64,000 nucleotides of DNA from Pristiophorus japonicus (taxonomy: Eukaryota). A program made the position numbers and the translations under genes. The stretch lies in contig NC_091982.1 of assembly GCF_044704955.1 (NCBI RefSeq), positions 167,462,001-167,526,000 on the forward strand, read 5' to 3'. Positions 24,636 through 37,740 of this stretch are shown piece after piece (positions within the stretch are counted from its first letter, which is position 1; each line of letters starts with the position of its first letter). A model generated the notes under the pieces. The model worked only from the letters and a program-made list of their open reading frames with translations, was not told the origin of the DNA and ran no database searches.

Positions 24636-25835
24636 TCGGTTAAGAAGCTGTCTATCTGTGTCTTAAATTTATTCAATGTCCCGGCTTTCACAGCTCTCCG
24701 AGGCAGCGAATTACATAGATTTACAACTCTATGAGAGAAGAAATTCCTCCTCATCTCAGTTTTAAATAGGCGGCCCATATTCTAAGATTATGCCCTATAG
24801 TTCCAGTCTCCCGTATTAGTGGAAACACCCTCTCTGCATCCACCTTGTCAAGCCCCCTCATAATCTTATACATTTCGATAAGATCACCTCTCATGCTTCT
24901 GAATTCCAATGAGTAGAGGCCCAACCTCCTCAAACTTTCCTCATAAGTCAACCCCCTCATCTCCGGAATCAATCTAGTGAAACTTCTCTGCACTGCCACC
25001 AAAGCAAATATATCCTTTCGTAAATATGGAAACCAAAACTGGACACAGTATTCCAGGTGTGGCCTCACCAATACCCTATATAACTGTAGCAAAACTTCCC
25101 TGCTTTTATACTCCATCCCCTTTGCAATAAAGGCCAAGATTCCATTCACCTTCCTGATCACTTGCTGTACCTGCATGCTAAACTTTTGTGTTTCATGCAC
25201 AAGTACACCAAGGTCCCGCTAAACTGCAGCACTTTGCAATTTTTCTCCATTTAAATAATAACTTGCACTTTGATTTTTTCTGTCAAAGTGCATGACCTCA
25301 TACTTTCTAACATTATACTCCATTTTTGCCCACTCATTTAGGCTGTCTATGTCCTTTTGCAGATTTTTTGTGTCCTACTCACACATTGCATTTCCTCCCA
25401 GCTTTCATCCCGACTCTATTTTCTGTTCGTTAGCCAATCCTCTATCCATGCTAATATATTACCCCAACCCTGTCTTTTATCTTGTGCACTAACCTTTTTT
25501 GTGGCACCTTGTCAAATGCCTTCTGGAAATCCAAATACACCACATTCACTGGTTCCCCTTCATCCACCCTGTTTGTTACATCCTCAAAGAATTCCAGCAC
25601 ATTTGTCAAACATGACTTCCCTTTCATAAATCTATGCTGACTCTGCCTGACCAAATTATGCTTTTCCAAATGTCCTGCTACTGCTTCTTTAATAATGGAC
25701 TCCAACATTTTCCCAACCACAGATTAGGCTAACTGGTCTCTCTAGTTTCCTGCTTTTTGTCTGCCTCATTTTTTTAAATAGCGGCATTACATTTGCAATT
25801 TTCCAATCTGCTGGGACCCCCCCAGAATCCAGGAA
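24636..25835 (-). mobile_element. CR1 LINE fragment in intron 1 of copy 1
   Basis: Minus ORFs 25451-25720, 24751-25200 and 24581-24778 with CR1 RT motifs. Confidence 0.9.
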
Positions 25836-27081
25836 ATGCACTGCTGCAACTTGCCAAAGCTTCTTCGGCAATACCTCCCAAAAACACGACCTCTACCAAC
25901 TAGAAGAAGGGTAGCAGGCACAGGGGAGCACCATCACCTACAACTTCCCGTCCAAGTCACACACTATCCTGACTTGGAAATATATTGCTGTTCTTTCATT
26001 GTCAATGGGTCAAATCCCTGGAACTCCCTCCCTAGCAGCACCGTCAGAGTACGCTCACCACACGGACTGCAGCAGTTGAAGTCGCCGGCTCACCACCACA
26101 TTCTCAAGGGTAATTAGGGATGGGCAATGAATGCCGGCATTGCCAGTGACACCCACATCCCAGGAACTAATTTTTAAAATGACGGAGGTACAAGATGAGC
26201 ACTGATCCCGAAACTGTGCTGTTGATTCTATCTGTCATCGTAAGACAACAATTGCACATGTAGATAAGCACATTAGAACATCTGAAGTTTTAGTGTTGGT
26301 TCAGATTGGCACATGTTCCTTCAATAGCATCTTGCACTGGTCATTGGTGATCCCTTATGACAGCACTTGCTAAAGATTGCAATAGTCCTTGCTGGTATGA
26401 GTAAAGACCAGTACTGAACACAAAGTGTACTGGAACCACACAGACCAGTACCAGGCTAATGATAAATTAATTAGTCTATAGATAACAAAGGTGCAGTAAA
26501 TCTCCAGCACTATTCCGGTAGATAACTCTATGTTAATGTGGTTGTGGTTTTTTTTGGTTTAGAATCAGTTTGTTTCGAAATACACAGTTAGGTGTTGGAA
26601 CCTTGCTAACCATCTCCAGCCATCAATTTTATTTATATCATAATTGCTTTTCGAATAACATGAACCTGAATTGTGCTGTACGCACTTCTATAATAAATGC
26701 TTTATCCCCTTCAGCTAGTTTTTTCCCATGATTTAGTAATTGTTCAATTGAAGAAACTCAATTGAAAAAATGAAACTGCAGATGAACATGAAGGACTGGA
26801 ATATATTCTGTAACTTTTTGGATAAAATGTATCTTGCTAGTTTGCATAAAAACGATTGAAGTTTGCTTATATGTTCAGTACAGTCCTGTTAATGACATTG
26901 TTACACATACTGAAATTCGGGAACCAAAAACTTCAAACCCCATTCAGAGACGGGCAATCTGACAGGATTCTGTAGAATCTACGAGTTGTTACTCTTAAAA
27001 TTTGCTTAAGTTACGAGGTTTCTTAAAAGCAGACAGTAATCAGAACTAAGCAATAAAGAGGTACGGTGGGATTTCACTCAC

Positions 27082-27142
27082 CTGCTAACACAACCAAAGT
27101 GAAGACACTGAGGCCAATCAGTACTACAAGAAATTGTTTCAT
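27082..27142 (-). CDS. CC chemokine copy 1, exon 1 (signal peptide)
   Basis: MKQFLVVLIGLSVFTLVVLA plus G, then donor gtgagt; phase 1 matches exon 2; full protein is 92 aa. Confidence 0.92.
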
Positions 27143-27204
27143 TTTCTCGAAAAAGGTTTCCTCACTGGTGGAACTGATCTGAAAATCTAAACTTTCTTTG
27201 AATC

Positions 27205-27400
27205 GCAGCTTGTATATATCCTCTCAGATGGTCAGCTTCCTTTCTAAATTCCGTGGGTTTACTGTGCCCATGTGGAAAATCTGATAATGTAATCTGATAA
27301 GGTTAGTATACCCTGCCTGTTCATATTTAGCTGTTTCCTTTACATTTCTATTTGCATGAACCAACTATTCACGGAAGGCAGAGGCTTGGAGGCCAATGAC
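27205..27400 (-). promoter_or_regulatory. Proximal promoter of chemokine copy 1
   Basis: TATA-like at ~27212-27219, two TGATAA (~27282, ~27295), octamer ATTTGCAT 27350-27357, GAS TTCACGGAA 27368-27376, CCAAT 27393-27397. Motif matches only. Confidence 0.55.
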
Positions 27401-28619
27401 TGAGCAGCATTTATTTCTCACAAACTTCAGGTTGTTTTAGTTTTGATTGATGGCCAAGTCTCTTTTAACGTGTTCAGAAAAGTTATTTCTACCTGGTTAG
27501 TTTGGTTTCTTAATTTTCTGCAGCTTACCTTCTCAGTATATCTCATTAGCATATCTCTGCTCCTTATCTAAACCACACAACTGCCTGCAAAGAGCAACAG
27601 AGAACAAATTGATAACGCTCCCATACTCAGTGTAAAAGTATGACTATCAGGTTAGAAAATATATTTAGTTCTTTGTAACAAGGTCAACTGAGGTGCAGAA
27701 GTTAGATGCCCACATTGACGGACTTTCATGTCATGCAGTGGAACCTCGTTTATCCTGTAGAACCTATAAGGTTGCAGATAATTGAGGCTCTAGCTGACCC
27801 AACCTTGCCTGGCCTAAAGCTGCATCCAAGGTGGGTAAAAGATTTTCCTGACACAAACCTAAGTTGAAGCCCAAAGCAAAAATAAAAGACTGGATATGGG
27901 TCCCCAAACCAACATGATTCATAGTTGCTGCCCAATATAGTAGAAGTTGCAGCAAAGTGCAGGAAAAAGACCCAAAGTTATAGGCAAGAATTTAACAATC
28001 CCAACTTGATGCTGCAAATCCCACTCATTTGGTGAGCAGACAATAAAGAATACAGATAATGAGATCTTTTTTTCTGTTTCTCTTTCTTTTTTCTTTCTTT
28101 CTACCTTTATTTCTGCCTTTCTTTCTAACATTCCACATTCTAACCATTCTATTGGTAAAGAATGCTCACATGAATTCCCTATTAGATTCATTAGTGACTA
28201 TCATATTTATTCTCCAGAACTGTTAATTCATATTTTAATTTGAAGAACAATATGATTAAAAGTAGTCAATTGATTGGACTAAGGAAGGAAGGATTGGATT
28301 ATACAGGATACCTTCTCTATAATTGTGTAGAGAGCTGTACACATGGAGTGTTGCAAAGTACAGGGGCTTTAAAAGATTGTTTGTTTAATGTGTTCTCTAT
28401 TGTAAAGGGAATCATGGGCAGTGTGGTAGATGAGGGCCTTCTGCTATGGAACTAGGAGCGTTGCTTTTTGAACACTGCATCCATTGGCAATATGGGCTGA
28501 CCATGTGCCATAATGCGAGGTCAGCTCCTTTATACAATATCGCCGTGCTCCTGGCATACAGCGCATGAAGCATAAGGGTAGGTATTGGTTTCTGGAGGTT
28601 TTGAGGCTCCAGTTTCAAT

Positions 28620-29825
28620 GGTGAGAATTTTAACGTTGAAGAGATCATGGATTTCGGTGCAGTTGCGCTGTTAAGTTCACCGAAAATGTCAGCGTGTCTT
28701 GAAGTCAGCACCAATCCTGCCGACTTCCGGGATTAACACAGGCACGTTCAAACTGGTTACGTGTAACCCTCTGAAGAAAAGTGGTATACCACTTTAAATA
28801 TGCAAATTGTTCCAGTTTCCTGTTATTTCAAACTCCTTAAATCATGGCGAGAACACAAAGCAAATTCACGGGGCTCATTAAAATTCAGGTAAATACTGCA
28901 ATCAATACTCAGTGCTTACAGCTACTTTTTTACCTACCACTAGGAAAGGGATTGGTCACAGTACTTGTGAAGAGAGGTTAGTTTCTACATGTTAGTCACT
29001 TGAGACTCAGGTCAGGATGTGTGGTGCCGTGGCTGCCTTAGATTGGACATTGGAGGAGGATGACGATGAGCATCAGGAGGAGCAGCAGCCTGCTGTTGAG
29101 AGAACTGCAGGTGTTGGATAGAGAGGGGAGCAGCGTCGGGGTGGAACTGGCAGGAGGCACTACCCATGTAACTGTGTACAGCCAGAGGCTGAGCTCCCTT
29201 GGCCTGTGGGAAGAGCAGTGCCTCCGAAGGCCGAGGTTGTCGTGTCAGGTGGTGGCAAAATCCTGCAGGCTCCTAGAAGAAGACCTGCTAACTGCTGGAC
29301 CTGGTGTCCACACATTATCAGTGGTTGGCAAGGTCGGGAGGTAGTGCAGAAGGTCACGGAGGTTGGGAAGAAGAGTGCCGGAGTCTGGGCGAAGATCGGG
29401 TGGGGCCCGTGGAGAAGGACATGGGGAGGAGGTCGCATCGCAGAGAGAGTTGGTGTTCGATCAGCGGGGAGGTTAACAGGGTAGATTGGGAGACGGGAGG
29501 GAAGCACTCCTGCTCCTGGACGACAAGCAGTGCTGGAAAGGCACTTACCTGTTCCATCTAGTAATTCTCCGCTGTCTTCAGCTGTCCCAGAGGTCTGGGA
29601 AACCCGGCAAGCCAGTGTGAAAGTTGGAACAGCGATACAATCTAAAGCACGCTGTCTCATTATAATATTTTAATGAGGGATCCGTCTCCTGAAAGTGGAT
29701 TGGTCGCCCGCCCCACGCATCTCCGTCAAAAGCAGATGTCGGCAGGTTGGGTTCCAATTTGAAATTGTTTGAATCAGAGCTTCCCACCTGACTCAAACTG
29801 GGGGGTTTGGTTAAAATTATTCCCT
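28620..29825 (+). mobile_element. Degenerate Harbinger-derived element
   Basis: EEQCLRRPRLSCQVVAKSCRLLEEDLL...TLSVVGKV resembles the Harbinger transposase N-terminus; imperfect TIRs ggtgagaattttaac / gttaaaattattccc. Confidence 0.65.
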
Positions 29826-29949
29826 GCATCACTCAGTTCAGCAGTTGATTTAGACTCAAGGGAGGATTTTAACTCCCGCCACTTAGCAGTAATAAGGTAG
29901 AACATGTTAAAATGTTGAGGCTCTTTTACCTAGTCCTATACTGGCCCAT

Positions 29950-31148
29950 TAGGGGATGGTAGCATAATGATAAAGTTATTGGACCAATAATCCAGAGGGT
30001 TGCACAAATGATCCAGAGACGTGAGTTCATAAACCCATCATGGGAGCTGGGAATTTAAATTCAGTTAATTAAATAAATCTAGAATTAAAAGGTAATATCA
30101 GTAATGATGACCATGAAACTACCAGATTGTTGAAAAAAAACCCCATCTGGTTCACTAATATCCTTAGAGAAGGAAATCTGCTGTCCTTACCTGGTCTGGT
30201 CTATATGTGACTTCAGACCCACATCAATCTTAAATGGCCAAGCAAGCCGTTGAATTGCAACAAAAAGTGACAGAAAACAATAAGACCGGACGGACTTTGG
30301 CACCGGCTTTGGACATGATAACGGAGCACCAAGCCTAGTTGACCCTGAAAAGTCCTCCTCATCAACATCTGGGGAGGTGCCAAAATTGGGATAGCTGTCC
30401 CACAGACTAGTCAGGCAACAGCCTGACACTTTCACATTCATAGAATCATACCTTTCAGTAAATGTCCCAAACTCCTCCATTACCATCCCTGGTTATGTAC
30501 TGTCCCACTAGCAGGACAGTGGGAGGGAGTGGGCCTGAGACTCCTCAACATTGACACCAGACCACATAAAGTCTCATGGCTTCAGGTCAAGCACTGGCAA
30601 GGAAACCATCTGCTGATTACCACATAACGCCTTCCCTCAGTAAATGAATCAGTACTCCTCCATGTTGAATACTACTTGGAAGAAGCACTGAGAGTAGCAA
30701 GGGCACAGAATGTACTCTGGGTGGGGGACTTCATTGTCCATCACCAAGAGTGGCTCGGTAGCACCACTACTGACTGAGCTGGCCGAGTCCTGAAGGACAC
30801 AGCAGCCAGATTATTGCTGTGGCAGATGGTGAGAGAACCAACACGAGGGAAAAGCCTACTCGAACTCGTCCTCACCAATCTACTTGTCGTAGATGCATCT
30901 GTCCATGACAGTATTGGAGCAGCGACTACTGCACAGTTCTTGTGGAGACAAAATCTAGTCTTCATCTGGGGAGGTGCCAAAATTGGGAGAGCTGTCCCAC
31001 AGACTAGTCAGGCAACAGCCTGACATTTTCACACTCACAGAATCATACCTTTCAGTAAATGTCCCAAACTCTTCCATTACTAGAGGACACCCTCTATCGG
31101 GTTGTGTGGCAGTACTGCCGTGCTAAATGAGATAGATTCAGAACACAA
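29950..31148 (+). mobile_element. 5' part of tRNA-headed LINE (APE domain)
   Basis: Homologous to 22160-23290; fused directly to the CR1 that starts unit B. Confidence 0.85.
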
Positions 31149-32620
31149 GGAAAACTTTAGAACCCAGCAAAGGTTGACCAAAACATTGATAAAAAGGAGA
31201 AAATAGAATATGAAACCAAACCAGCAATAAATGTAGAAACAGATTGTAAGAGCTTCTACAAGTATGTAAAAATGAGGAGAATAACTAAAAGTAAGCATTG
31301 GTCCTTTTGTGGCTGAGCCAGGAGAAATTATAATGGGGAGTAAGGAAATGGCAGAGACATTAAACAAAAATGTTGTGACACAAAAAACAAACAAAAATAG
31401 TGGGGAACCAAAGGGCAAATGAGAGTGAGGAACATAAAGTAATTAAGATCAGAAGTAAAAAGGTACTTGAGAAACTAATGGGACTAAAAGTCGACAAATC
31501 CCCTGTACATGATGGCCTGCATCTTAAGATTCTAAACGAGGTTGCTGCAGAGATAATGGATGCATTGGTTGTGATCTTTCAAAATGTCCTAGATTCTAGG
31601 CACCAGCAGATTGGAAGGTAGCAAATATAACTGCGCTATTCAAGAAAGGAGGGAGAGTGAAAACAGAAGACTACAGGTGAGGTAGCCTGACATCAGTTGT
31701 CGGAAAAATGCTGAAATCCATTATTATGGAAGTAGTAACATGGCAGAGTCAACATGGTTTTATGCAAGGAAAATTGTGTTTAATGTATTTATTAGAGTTT
31801 TTTTGAAGATAAAACTAGCAGAGTAAAAGATAAAGGGGAACCAGTGGATGTAGTATATTTGGATTTCCAAATGGCATTTCATAAGATGCCACATAAAAGG
31901 TCATTATGTAAGATAAGGGCTCATGGGGCTGGGGGTAATATATTAGCAAGGATGGAGGAAAACGGTTCATTTTCAGGTTGGCAGGCTGTAACTAGTATGG
32001 TGCTGCAAGGATCAGTGCTTGGGCATCAGCTATTTACAATCTATATTAATGACTTAGATGAAGGGACCAAGTGTAATGTATCCAATCTTGCTGATGATAC
32101 AAAGCTAGGTGGGATTGTAGGTTGTGGAGGACACAAAGAGCCTGTAAAGTGATACAGACAGGTTAAGTGAATGGGCAATAAGGTGACAGATGGAGTATAA
32201 TGTGGGGAAATGTGAGGTTATTCACTTTGGTCGGAAGAATAGATGAACAAAATATTTTTTAAATGGTGAGAAACTATTAAATGTTGGTGTTCAGAGAGAT
32301 TTAGGTGTCCTCGTAAAGGAAACACAAAGGTTCACGAGATTGATTCCTGGGATTAGAGGGTTGTCCTATGAGGAGAGATTGAGTAGACTGGGACTATACT
32401 CTGTGGAGTTTAGAAGAATGAGAGGTGATCTCATTGAAACATACAAGATGCCGAGGGGCATTGATAGGGTAGATGCTGAGAGGTTGTTTTCACTGGTGAG
32501 AGAATCTAGAACTAGGGGAACAATCTCAGAAGAAGGGATTGACCATTTAAGACTGAGAAATGTCTTCACTCAGAGGATTGTGAATCTTTCAAATTCTCTA
32601 TCCCAAATAGTTGTGAATGC
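31149..32620 (+). mobile_element. CR1 LINE ORF2 remnant (paralog of 11232-15428, without the nested inserts)
   Basis: ORFs 31400-31621, 31844-32152 and 32340-32657; shares variant motifs with copy A (FQMAFHKMPHK, GHQLFTI). Confidence 0.9.
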
Positions 32621-33737
32621 TGAAATGTTTTTCTTTCTCATTCATTTCCCTATATGACTGTTCTCCTTTTATTGTGGGATTTGCAAGTGTCTCCATTACA
32701 TTCTCTTTCTTCCTCTCACTCTCCAACAAGAGAAATGCTTGGGAGTTACCATTACGGTCCACAGATGCACGAGGGTGCAGGACTACAATCTCATGCTGAG
32801 ACTCCTGCCGAGTGTGGGAGAGGTGTTGGATCGGAAAAGGTCAGCATGATACAACTTTCCCCTATTGTACAGTAGACAGCACATCAGGCCCTGCTGAACA
32901 CGTTTTGTGACTCAACTGATGTTGTGGCAGGAAGCTCCATGGAATCATTTGACACCTACAGGAATCAATCCAGCCTCAAGCTCACAACCTCAGCCCACAC
33001 TCTCCACAAAGCTTCTTTCCCCACTTTGCACCCAGTTTTGTTTGTGTTTGCTCACTTTTTCACCCTCGTATTGCAGAGTCAATCGACTCTATTTATGGTT
33101 GTTGGGAAACTACTGTGACTGAATGGGGTGGAATTCCTGTGGATAGAGGTAGGAGTTGTCCTTTTTCATTTTCTTCTCCCATTCTCCTTTCCTGTATGTC
33201 TCTTTCCCTCTTCATTACCCGCCAGTATCTTCAGCGGAGGGTTAGTAGAAACCCTGGAGAAATGGCATCACTGGAAAGACTAAATAAACCTGTGCATGAA
33301 ATGGAGCAGATCAGCTTCTTCGTGCATCTGGGTGCAAACGTTGGTGAAATCACAAATTTAGGAATTTTTAGAATGCTACATAATTAACTGCAAAATGTTC
33401 AGTGATGTCTGCTCTTCCCCATCACTTACTGAAGAAAGAAGTTATCTTTACATGTGTCTCTCACCATGAGAAGTGTTGGATGAAATCCAAGAAACATAGA
33501 AGTTTTCAGCACAGAAGGAGGTCATTCAGTTATTGCATCTGTGCCAGCTCTTTTCTTGTAAAATCTAAAACTAAACTCACTGCCCCACTATCTCTTCATA
33601 GCCCTATATCCGAGTCTGCATCAAATTTCCTCAACAATACAATGGTTTCACTGGGGGAAGGGAGCTGCACTCGCAGTGACTGCGGGTCTGTGTTAGGCTG
33701 AAGCATTGTCGCCCCAATTCTATGAACTGTGCAAACT

Positions 33738-34190
33738 GGGAGAGCAGCTGTGGCTCAGTGTGTTGCACTCTCGCCTCTGGATCAGAAGGTTGTGTGGTCA
33801 CAGTCCCAATCCAGAGACTTGAGCCCAAATCTACAGGCTGTCATTCCAGTGCAGTATTGAGGGAATGCTGCACTGTCAGAGGTGCCGTCTTTCAGATGAG
33901 ACGTTAAACCGAGGACCCATCTGCCTTCTCAGATGATCCCATGGCACTATTTCGAAGAAGAGCAGGAGAGTTATCCCCAGTGTCCTGGCAAATATTTATC
34001 CCTCAATCAACATAACAAAAAAAGTTTATCTGGTAATTAGCACATAGTTGTTTGTGGGAGTTGCTGTGTGCAAATTGGCTGCCACGTTTCCCACATTACA
34101 ACAGTGACTACACTCCAAAAGTACTTCATTGATTGTAAAGTGCCTTGAGACATCCAGTGGTCATGAAAACGGCCATATAAACAAAGTTTA
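33738..34190 (+). mobile_element. Near full-length DeuSINE (tRNA head + Deu domain)
   Basis: A-box-like gtggctcagtg; Deu-domain-like cactgtcagaggtgccgtctttcagatgagacgttaaaccgagg; 3' end ...ggccatataaacaaag. Confidence 0.85.
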
Positions 34191-36818
34191 TACTTGAACA
34201 ATGTTTTTACATTGGGTACTGTCTGGAAATAATTTGCATACTGATGATTGAAGAATTGTGACAAATCCTGTGCTATTTCCTCTCCGACTTTCAACAGCCA
34301 TGGGTATGTGCCATAAGGCCCAACGACTTTTGCAGCTTGAGATGTGCTATTTTTTCAGCAACCCATTGAAAATACATTCTGGTATTTGAAAATAAAATTT
34401 TCAACACTTGAAATAAAAAGAATAAATTGCAGCTCTTACACATCCTCCACCACTGTTCACTTTTTCAAAGAAGGGTGATAGAGCATTCACCCATTAACTA
34501 TATTCCTGCCTGACACCAATTTATTTTTTTCCCATTCTATTAGTTTGCTTTACATTCCAGCTGATAAAGATATGATCCTTAAAACGTTATGTTATCTCTC
34601 TCTCTATTGGCCACACCAACATTGAATTAGTATCAACTAACTGTAAGTAAATTGCTGCTAATTCTCATATTATCCATTGCTTTGAAAGTCTTAGCTAATC
34701 CACAAATCTAATCTGAACCACTTTCGGTGCTCATCAAAACATTCCTCTTTTGTTCCCTTGTAGCGCTAAGCACTTGTATTGGTGTCTGGGTATGAGTTTG
34801 CCAGGCCAAAGAAAGCTGGACTTTCCACTGGAAATCACCTCAGCCTCTGGAGAAACAGCATTACCGGCTAAGAACGCTATTTATTTGAGTTGTGGGGGGT
34901 TTCCCCGATCACTAGCCATGGTTACAAGAAAGTGGGACAACATCTTGGAAATTTCAGGTACAAGTAACTCTGCATTAACCAGGGACTGGCCTTGGGACCT
35001 CTCTGGTCTACATAACTTCGACCGCAGCACATGATCCATCCACCAATTGAACTGGCAGCAAACACAGGCGGTTTGAATTGGTTGCTCAGGAAAGTCTTAG
35101 TGGCTTACGTTTTAAAAGCTGATGGCATTACTACCCCCGTTAGTGTGTTTGATGATACTTTCGTCACAGAGCCTTGTTGTAGTAATACTGTAGAAACCAC
35201 GTTGCAGCTTGTGCTGGTTAGAAAACACGAGTAAATGGGAGGACTCAGAGGAAATGCCCTTTTGTGACATTGTAGTGACGTGTCAGTGCATGAGACTGAA
35301 CTGTAGGTTTTTAACCAGCAGATAATTTCTGTGTATAAACAGTGACTGCCAGTGTTGAAGAGAAGTAACAGAACTGAAAGATAATCGAAAGATAATCATC
35401 TCCCTAAGTATGAGGATGTTATTAGTACAATAAAGCACTAAATTACAACTTGTTTATCATCTTTGGAAATATTAACTGTACCAGTGGATTATGTTTAGTT
35501 GTATTCAATTACAGCTTAAGTTTGTGACAAAAAATACTTCACTAACCCAGTTATAAACAGAACAAAATCAATTTATGTAGCAAATATCATGTGTTTGGAC
35601 CAAATAGTATTTATATTTAAATTGGATGAGATTTACATGAGGACAAGGCTGATTTTTTGTACCTCTTCACAGCTGCACTTTACACCAGTGAGCCCGAGAA
35701 CTACAGGTGTAAAGGGTCCCACAATTCTGTGCTTTGAGCCAAGGAAACAAAGGCAGCAGATTGGAGAATTCTGGCATTGTTACCTGGCAAGATGTTTCAG
35801 TATTGTCACTGCCTCAAATCTCCTCAACTTCCAGCAGTCAGTGATGTTCCTTCAGCCATGCTGATAGACGGTGCCAAATCTGGGATAAGAAGTTTCGGAG
35901 TAAATGTTCCCTCCCCCTGTCCCCTCCCCTGTCGCTCCACCCTCCAAGGAGATTTCCAAACAGATGAGAGCAAGCAGCCAGTTTGCCTTCCACTTAATTA
36001 CATTTAATTTAAGTTTCCATTCAACACAATTGTTTTATTATCACATGGAATCCTGACACAACGGGTCGACTGAGAAAAATAATGGAACATGAGGTGCAAG
36101 TGTTACAAATCAGGCTGGTAATTGGGTATTAAAATTCTTTGGGGTATTTATTTACATATCTTTTAAGATTAAATGGAGCCATAAAAATTTAGGCAGTGAT
36201 TGGATTCCCAGCTTGGGTTATAGCAAAGGCTAATAATAGAAAACAAAGACAATCTGTTCAACAAATTATAAATATATATATATACACACTTTAGAAACTT
36301 GATTAAACAGGCGCAGGCAAATGAAAAACAGAATAAATAACAGAACAGGTCACCCTTTAAACATAGTCCCTGGTTTGGGGGACATTAGAAAATACAGCGA
36401 AAAAATAGCTTTGAATAATCATTTTAAAATTCGGCGGCCATTTCTATGTGCTTCACAGTGCAATGACTCCATGAGTTACTGTGCATCATGTCATGAACAT
36501 AATCAGCATTGTTCTCTTCAATCAATTTTAAAGGGCCACAGACTTCATTCAATCTGTTTCCAAAATATGTCAACAAACAAAAATGGTTTCCCCTGCCTGT
36601 CAGTGAAGACACTTTAAATGTAAGAAGATGTAGTAAAGGATCATTGTTTTATTGACGTATGTCTATGGGCTAATATAGCTATAATTCTATGTTTTACATA
36701 GGACAGCTATAGGATGTTATATGGAAGTAAGTTACAATGTAACACATTTAACAAAATAGCACTTTGTAAATGCATATGTCATTCACCATCAATCAGTAAT
36801 TTAAACGGCTATCTCCTT

Positions 36819-36851
36819 TTTATTTTCATTTTCAAATTTAGTTTTTTTATT
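36819..36851 (-). terminator. Candidate polyadenylation signals of chemokine copy 2
   Basis: AATAAA on the minus strand at 36819-36824 and 36846-36851, at positions equivalent to copy 1. Confidence 0.5.
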
Positions 36852-37419
36852 AAGGTTTGTCCTGCATCAGAAAGGCAGGAGTTTTTCTTTGTTACAAAAA
36901 TAAAATGTGATGTTTTGGCTGCGATACCCACCCCTGAGTGGCCTGGGAACACTTACTGTGTAGGCTCACACAGACTAAGATCCCCAATTTCTGACACTGC
37001 AGATAGAGTCATGCCCCAGCACAGGTCATTGTCTTCAGGAGACTAGGTGAGAAAATTGCGTGGGGGAGTGGGAAAGATTCGACCCTATGGTCTGGTTCTC
37101 TCAGTGAGAAAGTACCAATTGTTCCTTGTCTATACAGAGGCTGACACACCCTATCGATATTTGTAGCATTAATAAAACCAAATGAGTAAATCAGTGACGT
37201 GTAGAAGCAGCACCGACAGTAAAGAACAGCATCAAATTTGACTGATGGCGGTTCAAAAAATTGAAATTGTATGTTTGCACCTTCCTTGCATTTGTGAATT
37301 TTTTGATGACCAGGAAACTTGTAGGAAAGCAGACATTAAAAAAAAAGATTTTTGAAAGCTTTCTTTGCTGTGCAGACAGTTGTGGTTTCTTCATTGGTCG
37401 CAAACAATCCACATCATCT

Positions 37420-37516
37420 TCATCCCCTCTGCTCCTTTTGGGAAAGCTTTTCCACAAGTTTCTTCACTCGTTCATCCTCTGGATTAGAGCAAATCCACCT
37501 GTCCTTCAGTCTGAAT
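37420..37516 (-). CDS. CC chemokine copy 2, exon 3
   Basis: Acceptor ttccttttcag; encodes (V)FRLKDRWICSNPEDERVKKLVEKLSQKEQRG*. Confidence 0.95.
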
Positions 37517-37619
37517 CTGAAAAGGAACAGGTTAGATTTATTGATAGGAATAACTACAGGTGCCTTATAAGGGTATTTAATGCCAGGCTCCAGAGATGGA
37601 CAATGTTCTGAGTACTTAC

Positions 37620-37740
37620 ACCACCGCTTCAATCCTGCAGCTGCCATCATTTTCCTGTATTTTATAATCCTTGATTTTTTTGAAGTTAGGGACCGACTTT
37701 GAGTAATTCAAGCAACAGCTCTTCTGTTGACCAGTAGGAG
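37620..37740 (-). CDS. CC chemokine copy 2, exon 2
   Basis: ag/gtaagt boundaries; encodes (A)PTGQQKSCCLNYSKSVPNFKKIKDYKIQENDGSCRIEAV(V). Confidence 0.95.

Larger units (their letters stand above)
22160..26170 (+). mobile_element. LINE (CR1/L2 group, APE + RT) with tRNA-like 5' end, in chemokine intron 1
   Basis: APE motifs (LTNIWG...DIVILTES, WVGEFNVHH) and RT motifs (QGSVLG...INDLP); 5' end has an A-box-like segment and a GTTCAAGTCC B-box. Confidence 0.85.
10657..31148. repeat. Tandem segmental duplication unit A (contains chemokine copy 1)
   Basis: Colinear similarity to 31149-45657 across unique and TE sequence (e.g. 18360-22150 vs 34615-38420; 26170-29900 vs 40660-44375). Similarity starts at GGAAAACTTTAG (~10659 vs ~31149). 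Confidence 0.9.
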
